From Candidatus Aenigmatarchaeota archaeon (lineage in GTDB: Archaea; Aenigmatarchaeota; Aenigmatarchaeia; CG10238-14; SpSt-28), in the NCBI GenBank assembly GCA_025057985.1, contig JANXEV010000001.1, positions 11,131 through 75,130 of the forward strand: DNA of 64,000 nt. Reading direction: 5' to 3'. Below are positions 45,884-56,263 of the stretch, piece by piece. Numbering within the stretch: the first letter of the stretch is position 1; each line of letters starts with the position of its first letter. The position numbers were made by a program, and so were the translations under genes. The notes under the pieces were generated by a model. It was not told the origin of the DNA. It saw nothing but the letters and a program-made list of their open reading frames with translations, and did not search any database.

Positions 45884-46314
45884 CCCAATATTCTAATTCT
45901 ATTTTCGGTTTTATTAAAGTAAAATGTTATGGGGTAAGAAGGGACTGTTATGTTTTTATCCTCCAAAAGATAGGTGTAGTTTAAGTTATGTAAATTTATA
46001 TTCGTTCTCTTCTCATAAAAAAGATCCATTATATACATGTTTTTCAAGTTAATCTCATAATTGCTTTCAACTATTTTTGCTGGTATAGAAAGCTTAAAAG
46101 AGGTTACATTACATTTTTTACAAGAGGTTACAACTTCGACTGTAGCCGTGGATAAAAACTCTGAGACCAGTTCTCTATAATTTGTGGACATGTAGTCCTG
46201 TACGAAGTTGGTATGCGAAACTAGAAAAGAATAAACCGAAGAAAAAACAGACAAGCCTATTATAAAAAAAAGTACAAACTGGACTACTTGGACCTGAGAT
46301 TTCATAGCATCCAT
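45880..46314 (-). CDS. Minor pilin-like protein
   Basis: KSQ followed by a hydrophobic helix; lies in the pilus operon. Confidence 0.6.
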   Translation of the reverse strand: MDAMKSQVQVVQFVLFFIIGLSVFSSVYSFLVSHTNFVQDYMSTNYRELVSEFLSTATVEVVTSCKKCNVTSFKLSIPAKIVESNYEINLKNMYIMDLFYEKRTNINLHNLNYTYLLEDKNITVPSYPITFYFNKTENRIRILG

Positions 46315-46316
46315 AT

Positions 46317-46943
46317 CTATACTACTATTCTTAGTGTTATAACTGTTATCCTTTTCCCACCTTCTTGATAGGTATCAACATTCTCTCTCGAAATTCTTAT
46401 ATTTTTTAAAGTGCTCCTTTCTATAGGAGCAGAAGTTAAAATTCTGGTGTAAAAGGCTTGATGTTCTGAGTCTAGATTTCTAGCAAAGAGTGTGTAGGTT
46501 ATGTTAAAACCGTCAGCGACTTGAGAACCTGAAATGCATACGACGAATGGTGATTTTGCTCCGGCTAACCCTACCTCTGGTGGACATTTTTCACCTGGTG
46601 TCAATGATATGTATTGATTCGATCTTATATTTGTAACCTTAGAAAAGAAAGAAAAGGATATGGAGTTGTTGTATGGTGAGTTTTCTGTATAACTTCTTAC
46701 CTCCCAAACCCCATCAACACCGATGTTTATACTATCACTTCCACCGAAATTAGAAATATATTCTAGTTTTTTTACTAAAGAGTTTGTTAGTTCAGGTGAA
46801 AAAACCGATGCGACTTTCTCCAGTTGTGCTCTATCTTGAGTTTTTTGAATTAATGGGTAGCCATACATCAAAGCCGTCGCGATCAACCCAATAGATATTA
46901 TCACTATTAGTACTATCGATATTACTTCGGAAACACCTTTCAT
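46317..46943 (-). CDS. Type IV pilin-like protein
   Basis: MKG|VSEVISIVLIVIISIGL class III signal peptide. Confidence 0.8.
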   Translation of the reverse strand: MKGVSEVISIVLIVIISIGLIATALMYGYPLIQKTQDRAQLEKVASVFSPELTNSLVKKLEYISNFGGSDSINIGVDGVWEVRSYTENSPYNNSISFSFFSKVTNIRSNQYISLTPGEKCPPEVGLAGAKSPFVVCISGSQVADGFNITYTLFARNLDSEHQAFYTRILTSAPIERSTLKNIRISRENVDTYQEGGKRITVITLRIVV

Positions 46944-46949
46944 GCTTGC

Positions 46950-47435
46950 TTACCCTATCTTTTGTTGTGAAATGGGTGGTCTTAACGGAACTGGTGGTGT
47001 AGGTACGCTAGGTTTAGTTAGTTTTTTGGAAACTTGCTCCATTAAACTTAATAAACTCTCATTCGTTTCTAGTATTTTGTTGTTAATCTCTGCCAATTTT
47101 TCTATTTTCTCCACAAGCGGTTTTATCTCGATTGTAGTTTTTGTTTCCTCTTCTTCCTCACCGGCTGCTTTTATTAGCTCGATCAATTCTTCGATTTTCT
47201 TAGTCAATTCTTCTATTTTTAAAGGAAGTTTAGAGAGCTCTATCCTTAAAGAATCGTTCGCTTTTATCAAAGCGTCAACAATCTCTTGATTCATTCTTAT
47301 TATACTAACCAATTCCCTGTAAATTTCAGTGTTGTTATATCCTGTTCTTTTCTCTAATTCCTCTATCTTCTTCTCTAACTTTCTCAAAGGGGTTACAGGA
47401 ATTAGTTCAAACTCTTCTTTTTTACTTTCTTCCAT
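46950..47435 (-). CDS. Coiled-coil protein with Pro-rich tail
   Basis: Heptad-rich acidic sequence ending PSVPTPPVPLRPP; first gene of pilus locus 2. Confidence 0.7.
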   Translation of the reverse strand: MEESKKEEFELIPVTPLRKLEKKIEELEKRTGYNNTEIYRELVSIIRMNQEIVDALIKANDSLRIELSKLPLKIEELTKKIEELIELIKAAGEEEEETKTTIEIKPLVEKIEKLAEINNKILETNESLLSLMEQVSKKLTKPSVPTPPVPLRPPISQQKIG

Positions 47436-47499
47436 TAGGATATTATAAAATGTTAAAATAAAAATGTTAAAAAAAGAGGGAAGTTAGCTAGGGTAAAGT

Positions 47500-49152
47500 T
47501 TAATACTCGTTTTCAGAAGGAGTTTCTGTTTTCTTACTTTCCTTCTCTTTACCCAACTTTCCTGCTGCTATTACATCATCTATTCTTAAAATCATTTCTG
47601 CCGCTTCTGCCGCAGATTTTATAGCTTGTGTCTTTACCTTTAATGGCTCTATTACTCCCATTTCTACAACATCTTTTATCTTACCCTCAAAAACATCTAT
47701 ACCATGGTTTACTTTTCCGTGCTCATGTGCCGCTCTGAGTTCCACTAGAATGTCTATCGGATCCAAACCTGCATTTTCTGCTAATGTTCTTGGTATTATT
47801 TCAAGTGCATTCGCAAACTCCTGTATTGCCAATTGTTCTCTTCCTGAGAATTTTTCTGCAAATTCTCTTATTCTTTTTGCTAGTTCTGCTTCTATTGCTC
47901 CTCCACCTGGAACGACTTTACCGCTTTCTATCGCAGAAACGAGAGCACCTATTCCATCTTCTACGTTTCTATCTATCTCATCGACGACATGTTCTGTGCT
48001 TCCTCTGACTAAGATAGTGACGGCCTTTGGATTTTTACACCCTTTAACAAAAGTCATAGCTTCTCCTGCTATTTTCTTTTCTTCAACTACCTCTGCGAAA
48101 CCTAAATCTTTTTCACTTAAATCATCTAGGTTACTGACTATTCTTGCTCCTGTGGCTTTTGCCAATGCTTCTAAATCTGACCTTTTAACTCTCCTACAAG
48201 CTACTATTCCTCTCTTTGCTAGATAGTGTTGAGCTAGGTCATCGATTCCTTTTTCCGTTATAACGACGTTTGCTCCCGTTTTCGCTATTTTTTCTACCAT
48301 TTCCTTAATCATTCTCTGCTCTTGCTGTAAAAATGCTTGTAGTTGTTCAGGAGATGTTATCCTTATTTGGGCGTCGGTTTCTGTTTTCTCTATCTCCAAT
48401 GGACAGTCCAACAAGGCAATTTTTGCATTTTTAACAACTTTTGGCATTTGCGGATGGACAAATTCTTTGTCGACTACCACTCCGTTTACTAATTCCGTAT
48501 CTAAAACAGAAGCCCCATGTTTTTTTACTCTTTTTATATTGTCTTTATTTACGTATAACTTTCCATCTCTTTCTTCAACTACTGTTTTTACTGCTGATAC
48601 AATTATCTCAGCTATCTTTGGTGCTGCTTCTTTACCGGTCTTTCCAGACATTGCCGTAATCACGATCTTTTTCAGATTGTCTTCTTCTTTTAAGTTGATC
48701 GGTGTTGCTATTTCCTCTAATACCCTTAAAGCTTCTTCTTTAGCTAACTGATAACCCTTTATTATGACGGTTGGATGAATATCTTGGTCTAAAAGCTCTT
48801 CTGCTCTTTTCAAAAGTTCTCCTGCTATTATTACCGCTGATGTTGTTCCATCACCAACTTCTTCATTCTGAGTTTTTGCAACTTCGACCATCATTTTAGC
48901 TGCTGGGTGTTCTACTTCCATTTCTTCCAAAATCGTCACTCCGTCGTTAGTTATTGTTATGTCTCCTATAGAATCTACCAACATCTTGTCCATTCCTTTT
49001 GGTCCTAAAGTAGTTCTGACTATATCTGCTACCGCTTTTGCTGCAGCTATGTTGTTTCTTTGAGCATCCTTACCTGTGGATCTCAAAGTACCTTCTGGTA
49101 GTATCAACACAGGTTGACCTCCTATTTGAGCAACATAAGCTTGTTGTGCCAT
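47500..49152 (-). CDS. ths: Thermosome (group II chaperonin) subunit
   Basis: [37 protein letters not shown]. Confidence 0.98.
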   Translation of the reverse strand: MAQQAYVAQIGGQPVLILPEGTLRSTGKDAQRNNIAAAKAVADIVRTTLGPKGMDKMLVDSIGDITITNDGVTILEEMEVEHPAAKMMVEVAKTQNEEVGDGTTSAVIIAGELLKRAEELLDQDIHPTVIIKGYQLAKEEALRVLEEIATPINLKEEDNLKKIVITAMSGKTGKEAAPKIAEIIVSAVKTVVEERDGKLYVNKDNIKRVKKHGASVLDTELVNGVVVDKEFVHPQMPKVVKNAKIALLDCPLEIEKTETDAQIRITSPEQLQAFLQQEQRMIKEMVEKIAKTGANVVITEKGIDDLAQHYLAKRGIVACRRVKRSDLEALAKATGARIVSNLDDLSEKDLGFAEVVEEKKIAGEAMTFVKGCKNPKAVTILVRGSTEHVVDEIDRNVEDGIGALVSAIESGKVVPGGGAIEAELAKRIREFAEKFSGREQLAIQEFANALEIIPRTLAENAGLDPIDILVELRAAHEHGKVNHGIDVFEGKIKDVVEMGVIEPLKVKTQAIKSAAEAAEMILRIDDVIAAGKLGKEKESKKTETPSENEY

Positions 49153-49255
49153 ATAATATCACCTAATTATTTATAATCGCTGAACGTTTAAAAATGTATA
49201 CCCACATACTAACCTAAGTATTTAAGCCTTTAAAAATCGACTAGAAAAATAAAAA

Positions 49256-49549
49256 ATGGTAGAAAATCATTACAAAGGAAAAAAGATCGTTGCCATCGAT
49301 AAAGACGATTTTAGAATATTCATAACAGGTAAAATAGTGGAACACGGTGATAATTACATTGTTGTGGAAGACGACACTGGAAAAATAAAAATAAATCACA
49401 ACTTAAGTGATCTAAAAAACATCAAAACTGTTAGAGTTTTTTGCACAAAAATTGATAATGAATTGTTTTGTGATTTCATACAAAATCTAGAAGGTTTAGA
49501 CTTAGAGCTGTATAACAAGGTTGAAGATTTATATTTAAAATTTTTATGA
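49256..49549 (+). CDS. Single OB-fold protein (small RPA subunit-like)
   Basis: ITGKIV...VEDDTGKI OB-fold motif; co-oriented 6 nt before PCNA. Confidence 0.6.
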   Translation: MVENHYKGKKIVAIDKDDFRIFITGKIVEHGDNYIVVEDDTGKIKINHNLSDLKNIKTVRVFCTKIDNELFCDFIQNLEGLDLELYNKVEDLYLKFL

Positions 49550-49555
49550 ATATTT

Positions 49556-50311
49556 ATGGAAGTTTATTTTAAAGCATCAACGAAAGAACCAGAAATAATA
49601 ATAACTGCTGTTCAAACTGCTGCTGAGATAATTGACGAAGGAATATTCAAGCTTGGAAAAGATGGTATAAGCCTCACGGCAGCCGACAGAGCGATGATAG
49701 CCGTAATAGATATTTTCATTTCAAAAGATGTTTTCGATGAGTACGAAGTAGGAGAAGAAAAAGAAATTGGAGTAAACATGACTAACTTTCTTTCTGTTTT
49801 AAAAAGAGCTAGCGGTTCTGAAAAGTTAAGTATCGAGTTATACCAAAACAGATTAATTGTCACTATATTTGATGGTACCAAAAGGAAGTTTTATGTGCCA
49901 CTTCTAGAAATAGCCAAAGAAGAGATTCCACCCATACATCAGTTGGAGTTTAAAGCAAAAGTTACAATAAAACCGGAGCTTTTGAAAGACGCCATAGAAG
50001 ATGCGGAAATAATAACAGATGCTGTAACTTTTCATGCAAAAAAGAGTAGCTTTCAAATCAATGCTGAAGGTGATATAAGTAAGTCGGAGTTGGAATTAAG
50101 TGAGGGTGAAGATGGGTTAGTCGAGTTGGATGTAAAAGAAGAATCAAAAGCGAAATATCCTATAGACTATCTACAGAAAATACTTAAAGCTGCTAAAATT
50201 TCAGACGAAGTTTCAATAATGTTTTCGCAGGATTATCCGATGAGAATGGACTTCAAGAGTGAGAACAAAGCAAGAATATCTATGGTTCTCGCCCCCAGAG
50301 TTAGCGAGTGA
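49556..50311 (+). CDS. pcn: PCNA sliding clamp
   Basis: IDEG.F, A.DRA.IA, F+EY, IGVN, YP++YL, DYPM, LAPRV. Confidence 0.96.
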   Translation: MEVYFKASTKEPEIIITAVQTAAEIIDEGIFKLGKDGISLTAADRAMIAVIDIFISKDVFDEYEVGEEKEIGVNMTNFLSVLKRASGSEKLSIELYQNRLIVTIFDGTKRKFYVPLLEIAKEEIPPIHQLEFKAKVTIKPELLKDAIEDAEIITDAVTFHAKKSSFQINAEGDISKSELELSEGEDGLVELDVKEESKAKYPIDYLQKILKAAKISDEVSIMFSQDYPMRMDFKSENKARISMVLAPRVSE

Positions 50312-50420
50312 GTTTTGGTTCTAACTTGCAAATCAAGACATGTTTGTTAAATCCATAATAAACTTTTTTACCACAGTAAGGACAAACCCCTTCCGGCTCT
50401 ATGTTTTTTTCCTTGCTCAT
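50301..50420 (-). CDS. 39-aa C2HC zinc-finger microprotein
   Basis: Not in ORF track. MSKEKNIEPEGVCPYCGKKVYYGFNKHVLICKLEPKLTR (C-x2-C-x10-H-x3-C); TTTAAA about 25 nt upstream. Confidence 0.7.
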   Translation of the reverse strand: MSKEKNIEPEGVCPYCGKKVYYGFNKHVLICKLEPKLTR

Positions 50421-50499
50421 TTTTTTATTATATTTCAGTTTGCTTTTAAATTTTTAACATAGCAAAAAGCTTAAAAATAAAAACATGTAAGTAGATAAA

Positions 50500-50907
50500 A
50501 TGGCAAAAGAATTTAGATGGAAAGGTCTTACGTTGGAAGAATTAAAGAAAATATCTATCGAAGATTTTATTAAGTTGGCGCCCGCTAGAGTGAGAAGAAC
50601 ATTAAAGAGAGGATTGAAAGAAAATCATAAAAAACTTCTAAAAAAAATACTCAAAAACCCGGAAAAAATACACAAAACACATTTGAGAGATATGATTATC
50701 TTACCACAAATGATTGGAGCGAAGATTGCAGTTTATAGAGGCGGGAGTAAAGCAGGCGATAATTCTGAAAAGTGGAAAGTTATAACGATATCACCGGAGA
50801 TGGTCGGGAGAAGATTAGGAGAATTCGCCATAACGGTTAAAAAAGTCGAACATTCTGCCCCTGGAATAGGAGCTTCTAGAGGAAGTAAACACATAGCGGC
50901 AAAATAA
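50500..50907 (+). CDS. rps19p: Ribosomal protein uS19
   Basis: F.W+G.TLEEL, PARVRR.L.RG, KTHLRDMIILP.M+G, PEM+G..LGEF, H.APGIGASRGS. Confidence 0.95.
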   Translation: MAKEFRWKGLTLEELKKISIEDFIKLAPARVRRTLKRGLKENHKKLLKKILKNPEKIHKTHLRDMIILPQMIGAKIAVYRGGSKAGDNSEKWKVITISPEMVGRRLGEFAITVKKVEHSAPGIGASRGSKHIAAK

Positions 50908-50910
50908 AAA

Positions 50911-51915
50911 CTAGATTACTATTGGTAAATCTTTCCCACAATACTTACAACTTCTCCCATCCAAATCTATTCTCAAAACATTTATACCAAATCTTTTTAT
51001 CACAACCTCTCCACAGTATGGACAATAGGTGTTTTCTAGCTCATGTCCGGGGACATTTCCTATATACACGAATTTTAAACCTTCCTCCTTAGCTATTTTA
51101 GCATGTTTTTCTAAAGTTTCAATCGGAGTTGGATCTAAGTCAGTAAAAAGATAGTGTGGGAAAAATCTTAAAAAATGTATCGGAACATTTTCCCCCAAAT
51201 TTTCCAAAATCCATCTACAAAGTTTTTTACAATTTTCTAAATCGTCTCCCAATTTTGGGATCACTAAATCTGTAATCTCTATAAAAAACCCTGCTTCTTT
51301 CATCATCTTCAAATTTTGATATATCTCTTCTCCTTTTGGAACTCCCATGTTTTTTAAATAAAACTTTGGATCACCATTAGCCTTGAAATCGACCGTGACA
51401 GCATCTATGAATTTTTTCATCAACTCGATTGCTTCCTCTGTCTGGTAACCGTTTGTCACAAAAGTGTTTTTCATTCCTTTCTTCCTCGCCAATCTTCCTA
51501 TTTCATAGGCAAACTCTATAAAAATCGTTGGTTCGTTGTAAGTATAACTAAAAACTTTTACATTGTACTTCATCCCAATTTTTACTAGAGCAGACGGTGA
51601 AAGTCTCTCTCCTTCTATTTCGATCCTTTGACTCAAATCATAATTTTGACAAAACTTACAGGCAAAGTTGCATCCACTTGTCCCTATCGATAGGGCTAAA
51701 CTTCCTGGATAAAAATGGAACAACGGTTTTTTTTCTATCGGGTCTATGTTAACGGCTGATGGTAAAGAATAGACTAATAATTTTAATCTTCCGTTTACGT
51801 TTTTCCTAACACCACAAAAACCTACTTGCCCTTTTTCCAATAAACATTTTCTCCTACAAGCCAAACACTGGATTTTGTCATCAATTAAACTTTTAAAAAG
51901 CATCACACCTTTCAT
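50911..51915 (-). CDS. AmmeMemoRadiSam-type radical SAM enzyme
   Basis: N-terminal C..C...C...GFCGVR, DPIEKKPLFHF, CNFACKFCQN, YTYNEP, YIGNVPG...TYCP.CG. Confidence 0.9.
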   Translation of the reverse strand: MKGVMLFKSLIDDKIQCLACRRKCLLEKGQVGFCGVRKNVNGRLKLLVYSLPSAVNIDPIEKKPLFHFYPGSLALSIGTSGCNFACKFCQNYDLSQRIEIEGERLSPSALVKIGMKYNVKVFSYTYNEPTIFIEFAYEIGRLARKKGMKNTFVTNGYQTEEAIELMKKFIDAVTVDFKANGDPKFYLKNMGVPKGEEIYQNLKMMKEAGFFIEITDLVIPKLGDDLENCKKLCRWILENLGENVPIHFLRFFPHYLFTDLDPTPIETLEKHAKIAKEEGLKFVYIGNVPGHELENTYCPYCGEVVIKRFGINVLRIDLDGRSCKYCGKDLPIVI

Positions 51916-51984
51916 AAAATAGATTTGAAGTTTAGAAAAAAATTTAAAAACTTCAAAAATTGTTAATAAAAAACAATATTTTAT

Positions 51985-53019
51985 ATGGAAAACGAATACC
52001 TGATGGATGTTTTGGTAGCAAGAATAAAAAATATGGAAGCTAGAAAAAAGTCAATAGCAAATTTTTTGAGAAACCAAAAAATAATCTCTTCAAGTTTGGT
52101 AGAAAGTGGAGATATAAAAAAAGTTTCTAAATTTCCTTTAACGACTACAGTCGCTGGTGTTGACAGTAGTACGCGTTGTAAGAGCTTCAGTGGAATTGAT
52201 ATATTTTTTAGCAAGGTCATAGGCGTAGTTTATTTTATTGAAAACGACAGGCTAAAAAAAGTAGAGTATGTTACAAACAATCCTTTGATAGAATATTCAA
52301 TAATAGCTCAACAACTATCTGAAATAGATTTAGAAATATTTTTGAACATTCTGAGACAAAAAAAAGAAATAAGTATGGCTATGAAGGTTTTGGAAAAATT
52401 TGAACCAGAATTTTTAGTTTTGAACGGTTCAATATTACCACACTATATCGAGTTTGTGTCCAAAAACTACATACTTCAAAAACAGAGAGAAGAGTTGATT
52501 GAAGTTTACAAAAATTTGTATAAAGTTGTTAAAGAAAAAAACACCATACTAGTTGGTGTCGTTGAGGATAGTAGAGGGAGAAAATTCACAGAAATCATTT
52601 CCGAAAATTTAGGTAAAGACCACAACTACTTGGAGATATTGGAAGAAAGTAGAGACGTCACAATACTTGATTATACACTCGAAAAATTTGAAAGAACCCC
52701 ACTATTTTATTACTCTGAGGATTTGCCGGAATTAGACTACAGAGAATTCCAATCGTTCTATATTAAAGTCTCTGAGTTTGATATACCGCTTAGAGTTGAC
52801 TTTTATTCTTACAGAGAGAATTTGGTCGATAAAATTTCAAACCTTTTACTTTCTTTAAAAACTAGCGAAGAATATGGAATGCCGTCGATATTGATAGAAG
52901 CCGATTTAAGATCTAAGTTCGCGGAAGAAGAAATAGATAATTTTTGTAAAAATCTGATGAAGAAAGTTGGTTTCATCTCTAGTTTAAAAGAAAAGAGAAG
53001 AGAGAAGAGACCTTTTTAA
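51985..53019 (+). CDS. nurA: NurA 5'-3' nuclease
   Basis: AGVDSS, L+LNGS, GVVEDSR, YG.P..LIEAD, C-terminal RRE.RPF. Confidence 0.8.
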   Translation: MENEYLMDVLVARIKNMEARKKSIANFLRNQKIISSSLVESGDIKKVSKFPLTTTVAGVDSSTRCKSFSGIDIFFSKVIGVVYFIENDRLKKVEYVTNNPLIEYSIIAQQLSEIDLEIFLNILRQKKEISMAMKVLEKFEPEFLVLNGSILPHYIEFVSKNYILQKQREELIEVYKNLYKVVKEKNTILVGVVEDSRGRKFTEIISENLGKDHNYLEILEESRDVTILDYTLEKFERTPLFYYSEDLPELDYREFQSFYIKVSEFDIPLRVDFYSYRENLVDKISNLLLSLKTSEEYGMPSILIEADLRSKFAEEEIDNFCKNLMKKVGFISSLKEKRREKRPF

Positions 53020-54119
53020 TCTAAAAATTCTCCATTCTTAATTTTTTCTGGTAGATACTTTTCGCTAATAAAAGTTATTCCTCTAGCAGCCAGTGCCTCT
53101 AATTCTGCTTTCGCCTCCATTTTCTCCATCAAATCAAACTGTCTCTGCCAATCTTTATTGTGTTTAAACCACTCGTATTCTCTTATTTGTTTTAACCTTT
53201 TTTCGTCTATTTCCTTGAACTTTATTAAATGTTTTTCCAACCCATATTTTTTGATATCATCTCCTGTTAAACCTAAAAACTTGGCTTGTGGGATCGCTAG
53301 TCGGTCGCTAATGTGAGCCAAAGCTATAGAGCCGAATTTTATAACAGAATATATATAAATTCCCCACGGGTCGAAATCTGTGAGGACATAAATCGGTAAA
53401 CCTAATTCGTAATTGATTCTCTGAAGCAATCTTCTTATACCACGAGTAGCTTGACCTTGCGATGCGACTATTATACAATTTAGTTTTTTCCAGACTTTAT
53501 CTTCGTGCAATCTTTCCCAAACTGCAGATTTTTCCACATATATAACAAATTTAGCGTTAACTTCGACGAACTCTATGTCTTCTACGTTGCTAGGAACAGA
53601 CCATCCACCTGAACCAAGTTTAGACCAATCTATCAAATCTCCTCTATCCTTTATAACAACATTACCAGCTACGGCCCCTAGTTTGTTTGCATTCATGTGA
53701 AGTTGTTCTCTTAAAGCGTTTATTACTAACTCTAAATCTTCTATTGCTCTATTTGACTCTTCTTGTTCTTCAACGATGTTTTTCTTTAAACCTGGTATAG
53801 TTCTTTTTAGAATATAAAATGCTTCTCTTAGGCTAACGTGCTTATCTTCTTCGATAAGTTTTTTAGAAAGACTAGCTATGCCTGCTAGCTGAGTGAATCT
53901 TCTTGTTTCTCCTAAATGAAGAAAATACCTCTTCGAAACGTATCCACCTAGGAATATTTTTCTTTCTTTCGGATCAAACTTTATGTTTCTTAAAGTTCTA
54001 ACCGGAACTTCCACAGATGGATTTTTACCTTCTTCAATCTCCTTCAAAAAACTCTCTCCTAGACCCCTCAAGGTTTTTAGTATCTCATTTTTTTGTTTTG
54101 GTTTAATGTAGAATTGCAT
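53016..54119 (-). CDS. top6A: DNA topoisomerase VI subunit A
   Basis: SLREAFY, Q.ES...IEDLE, VEK, TDFDPWG..I, KAELEAL. Confidence 0.96.
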   Translation of the reverse strand: MQFYIKPKQKNEILKTLRGLGESFLKEIEEGKNPSVEVPVRTLRNIKFDPKERKIFLGGYVSKRYFLHLGETRRFTQLAGIASLSKKLIEEDKHVSLREAFYILKRTIPGLKKNIVEEQEESNRAIEDLELVINALREQLHMNANKLGAVAGNVVIKDRGDLIDWSKLGSGGWSVPSNVEDIEFVEVNAKFVIYVEKSAVWERLHEDKVWKKLNCIIVASQGQATRGIRRLLQRINYELGLPIYVLTDFDPWGIYIYSVIKFGSIALAHISDRLAIPQAKFLGLTGDDIKKYGLEKHLIKFKEIDEKRLKQIREYEWFKHNKDWQRQFDLMEKMEAKAELEALAARGITFISEKYLPEKIKNGEFLD

Positions 54120-54120
54120 A

Positions 54121-55722
54121 CTACTTCACCTCTATAACTTCTTCTTTCATCTTCTTTTCTTCTCCATCCTTGTACTCTCCTCTTCTAATTATTTCAATTA
54201 ACTTATTTTTTATATACTCTTTTGGTTTTCCAGTCAAATCAGAAACAAACTCAGAAAATACTTCAGAATAGGCTTCGAATATGTTTGCTCTCATGGCCAA
54301 GTGTTCTCTAACAAATTTTTTATGCAAATATATAGAAAGTTTTCTGCCAGCTTCCTGTAAAGCAAGTTTGACTTCTTTTATAATCTCAGGATATTCTGCT
54401 ATAGCTTGTTTACCTTCACTTTTATACGGTATCCAAACTGATATTAAATCTACCAGAATCACTAAAGGTGCTGGAGGTAGTCCTTTTGAATTTCTAGGCA
54501 ACCTATAATTACCCCAATCAACTTCTTCAACCGCTCGAGTTATCGCACAATCAGATTGATTGTAAAGTAAAGGGGTATGGTTGGCGAACCTCAACAAAAT
54601 AGCTTCCTGTGTAATTTCTTGTATTTTTCCGCCGTAAGCCAACCCTACTTGCACTTGAAACGGATATCCTCTGTAAACTGCTGGCTTTCTGACAACAGCA
54701 ACCACAAATTCTGGTTCGAATTCTTTTTTTAAACTTTCGGCCAAATATTCTTCTTTTAAGGCTGATAAACAATCAGTAGGAGGAGACATCAACTTAACAC
54801 TTTGCATTGCTTTGTGCAATCTTTCTATCTCTTCATCAGTTAATTCACTCGGTTTTTTCTCTTGATCTACCTTCGCAATCTTACATATACTTAAGGCAGA
54901 GTCTCTACCGATTCTAGAGAATTCTGAAGTCAAAAATCCTACAACATTTCTACTTTTCGTCATGTGAACCATTCTTTTTAATCTTCCCAACTCTACACCG
55001 TACGGATGTGGTTTAATTTCTTTCGGTTCTTTTGGTAACTCATTAACCACTCTTTCTAATGTAAAACTTGAATTTGGTCCGTCGTATACTATTTTTGTGA
55101 ATGGATTGGTTATCCAAATGTACTTCAAGTAAGTTGGTATGGATTGGCCTTTTTCTATGTATCTTCCTTCCACAAAAACCTCTACTTTTAAACCATGTAA
55201 ATTTTTTTCTATCGGTTCTTCTTTTCTTGAAATCACCTTAGGCTCATTTCTTATAACATCTATACTCAACTCTATTTCGTATTTTTTTCCCTTAAAGTAG
55301 GTTGTTATTTTAGCAGGTTTTCCTGTGGTGAGTTGTGCGTAAAGAATCGCACCTTTGGCCCCTATACCTTGTGTACCTATATTTTGTCTTAGTCTCATGA
55401 ATTTGCTCCCGACCAAAAATTTACCAAAAGCTATAGGTATTTTATCCGGAGGTAGACCTGGTCCGTTATCTTCAACCACTATCCTATACACATTTTCCTT
55501 TACCTCTTTAATCGAAACTTTGATCGTCGGCAATATTCTCGCTTCTAAACATGCATCTAAACTGTTATCGAAAAATTCTTTCACGACAGTCAACAAACTT
55601 TTAGTTGGATTTTCGTATCCAAGGAGATGTTTGTTCTTTTCAAAAAACTCAGCTATACTAATTTCTTTAATCTTTTCTCCCATTTCTTCCGCGAGCGTTT
55701 TTTCTTCTTTTACTTCCGTCAT
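54121..55722 (-). CDS. top6B: DNA topoisomerase VI subunit B
   Basis: SIAEFFEKN, E..DNSLDA, EDNGPG, G.QGIG, PHPYG, RFAN..PL. Confidence 0.96.
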   Translation of the reverse strand: MTEVKEEKTLAEEMGEKIKEISIAEFFEKNKHLLGYENPTKSLLTVVKEFFDNSLDACLEARILPTIKVSIKEVKENVYRIVVEDNGPGLPPDKIPIAFGKFLVGSKFMRLRQNIGTQGIGAKGAILYAQLTTGKPAKITTYFKGKKYEIELSIDVIRNEPKVISRKEEPIEKNLHGLKVEVFVEGRYIEKGQSIPTYLKYIWITNPFTKIVYDGPNSSFTLERVVNELPKEPKEIKPHPYGVELGRLKRMVHMTKSRNVVGFLTSEFSRIGRDSALSICKIAKVDQEKKPSELTDEEIERLHKAMQSVKLMSPPTDCLSALKEEYLAESLKKEFEPEFVVAVVRKPAVYRGYPFQVQVGLAYGGKIQEITQEAILLRFANHTPLLYNQSDCAITRAVEEVDWGNYRLPRNSKGLPPAPLVILVDLISVWIPYKSEGKQAIAEYPEIIKEVKLALQEAGRKLSIYLHKKFVREHLAMRANIFEAYSEVFSEFVSDLTGKPKEYIKNKLIEIIRRGEYKDGEEKKMKEEVIEVK

Positions 55723-55764
55723 AATAATCAGAATAAATTTTATTTCTTTTGTGTTTAAATTTTT

Positions 55765-56262
55765 TTACTTCAACAACTCTCTTTCTAAAAATCTTTGAAC
55801 AGTACTGTGTGATCTTCCTTCTAACAACATTTCAATCGATCTTCTAGCTAAGTTAACACCATCCCATTTTCCGATGATCGAAATTGTCTTTCCTTCGATC
55901 ACTATTTTAGTTCCAGTTTTTTCTTCTATCATTTTTTTAAAAGACCCCTTCTTTCCTATAACTCTACCTTTCAACTGAATTCTCCTCTCTCTTTTTTCAC
56001 TCCATTCTTTTAGATTTATCACATCCAGGAAATAGTTTTCGTCTAGCAAGTATAAAGAGGTCTTTAAATCAAACCCTTTATTCAGAGCTTTAATCACTTC
56101 TTTTACTCTTAAAACTGAAACTTGGTCTTCACCTTCCACTCTAGCTTCTTGATCTTCTATCTCTACTTTACAATTGCTTAGCTCTTCTATTTTTTTAATC
56201 CAATCTTGTCTTTTCTTTAGAAGTTTCGCTTTTTCCTCTGAGAGAACAACATACTCTTTCAT
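55765..56262 (-). CDS. KH-domain ribosome biogenesis protein (Dim2/Pno1-like)
   Basis: KGRVIGKKG, IEMLLEG..H..V; lies between RIO1 and top6B. Confidence 0.88.
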   Translation of the reverse strand: MKEYVVLSEEKAKLLKKRQDWIKKIEELSNCKVEIEDQEARVEGEDQVSVLRVKEVIKALNKGFDLKTSLYLLDENYFLDVINLKEWSEKRERRIQLKGRVIGKKGSFKKMIEEKTGTKIVIEGKTISIIGKWDGVNLARRSIEMLLEGRSHSTVQRFLERELLK

Positions 56263-56263
56263 T

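Noticed and set aside
51985..53019. NurA separated from mre11/rad50 with no herA nearby
   Set aside because: Operon break-up is general in this window and herA may lie outside it.
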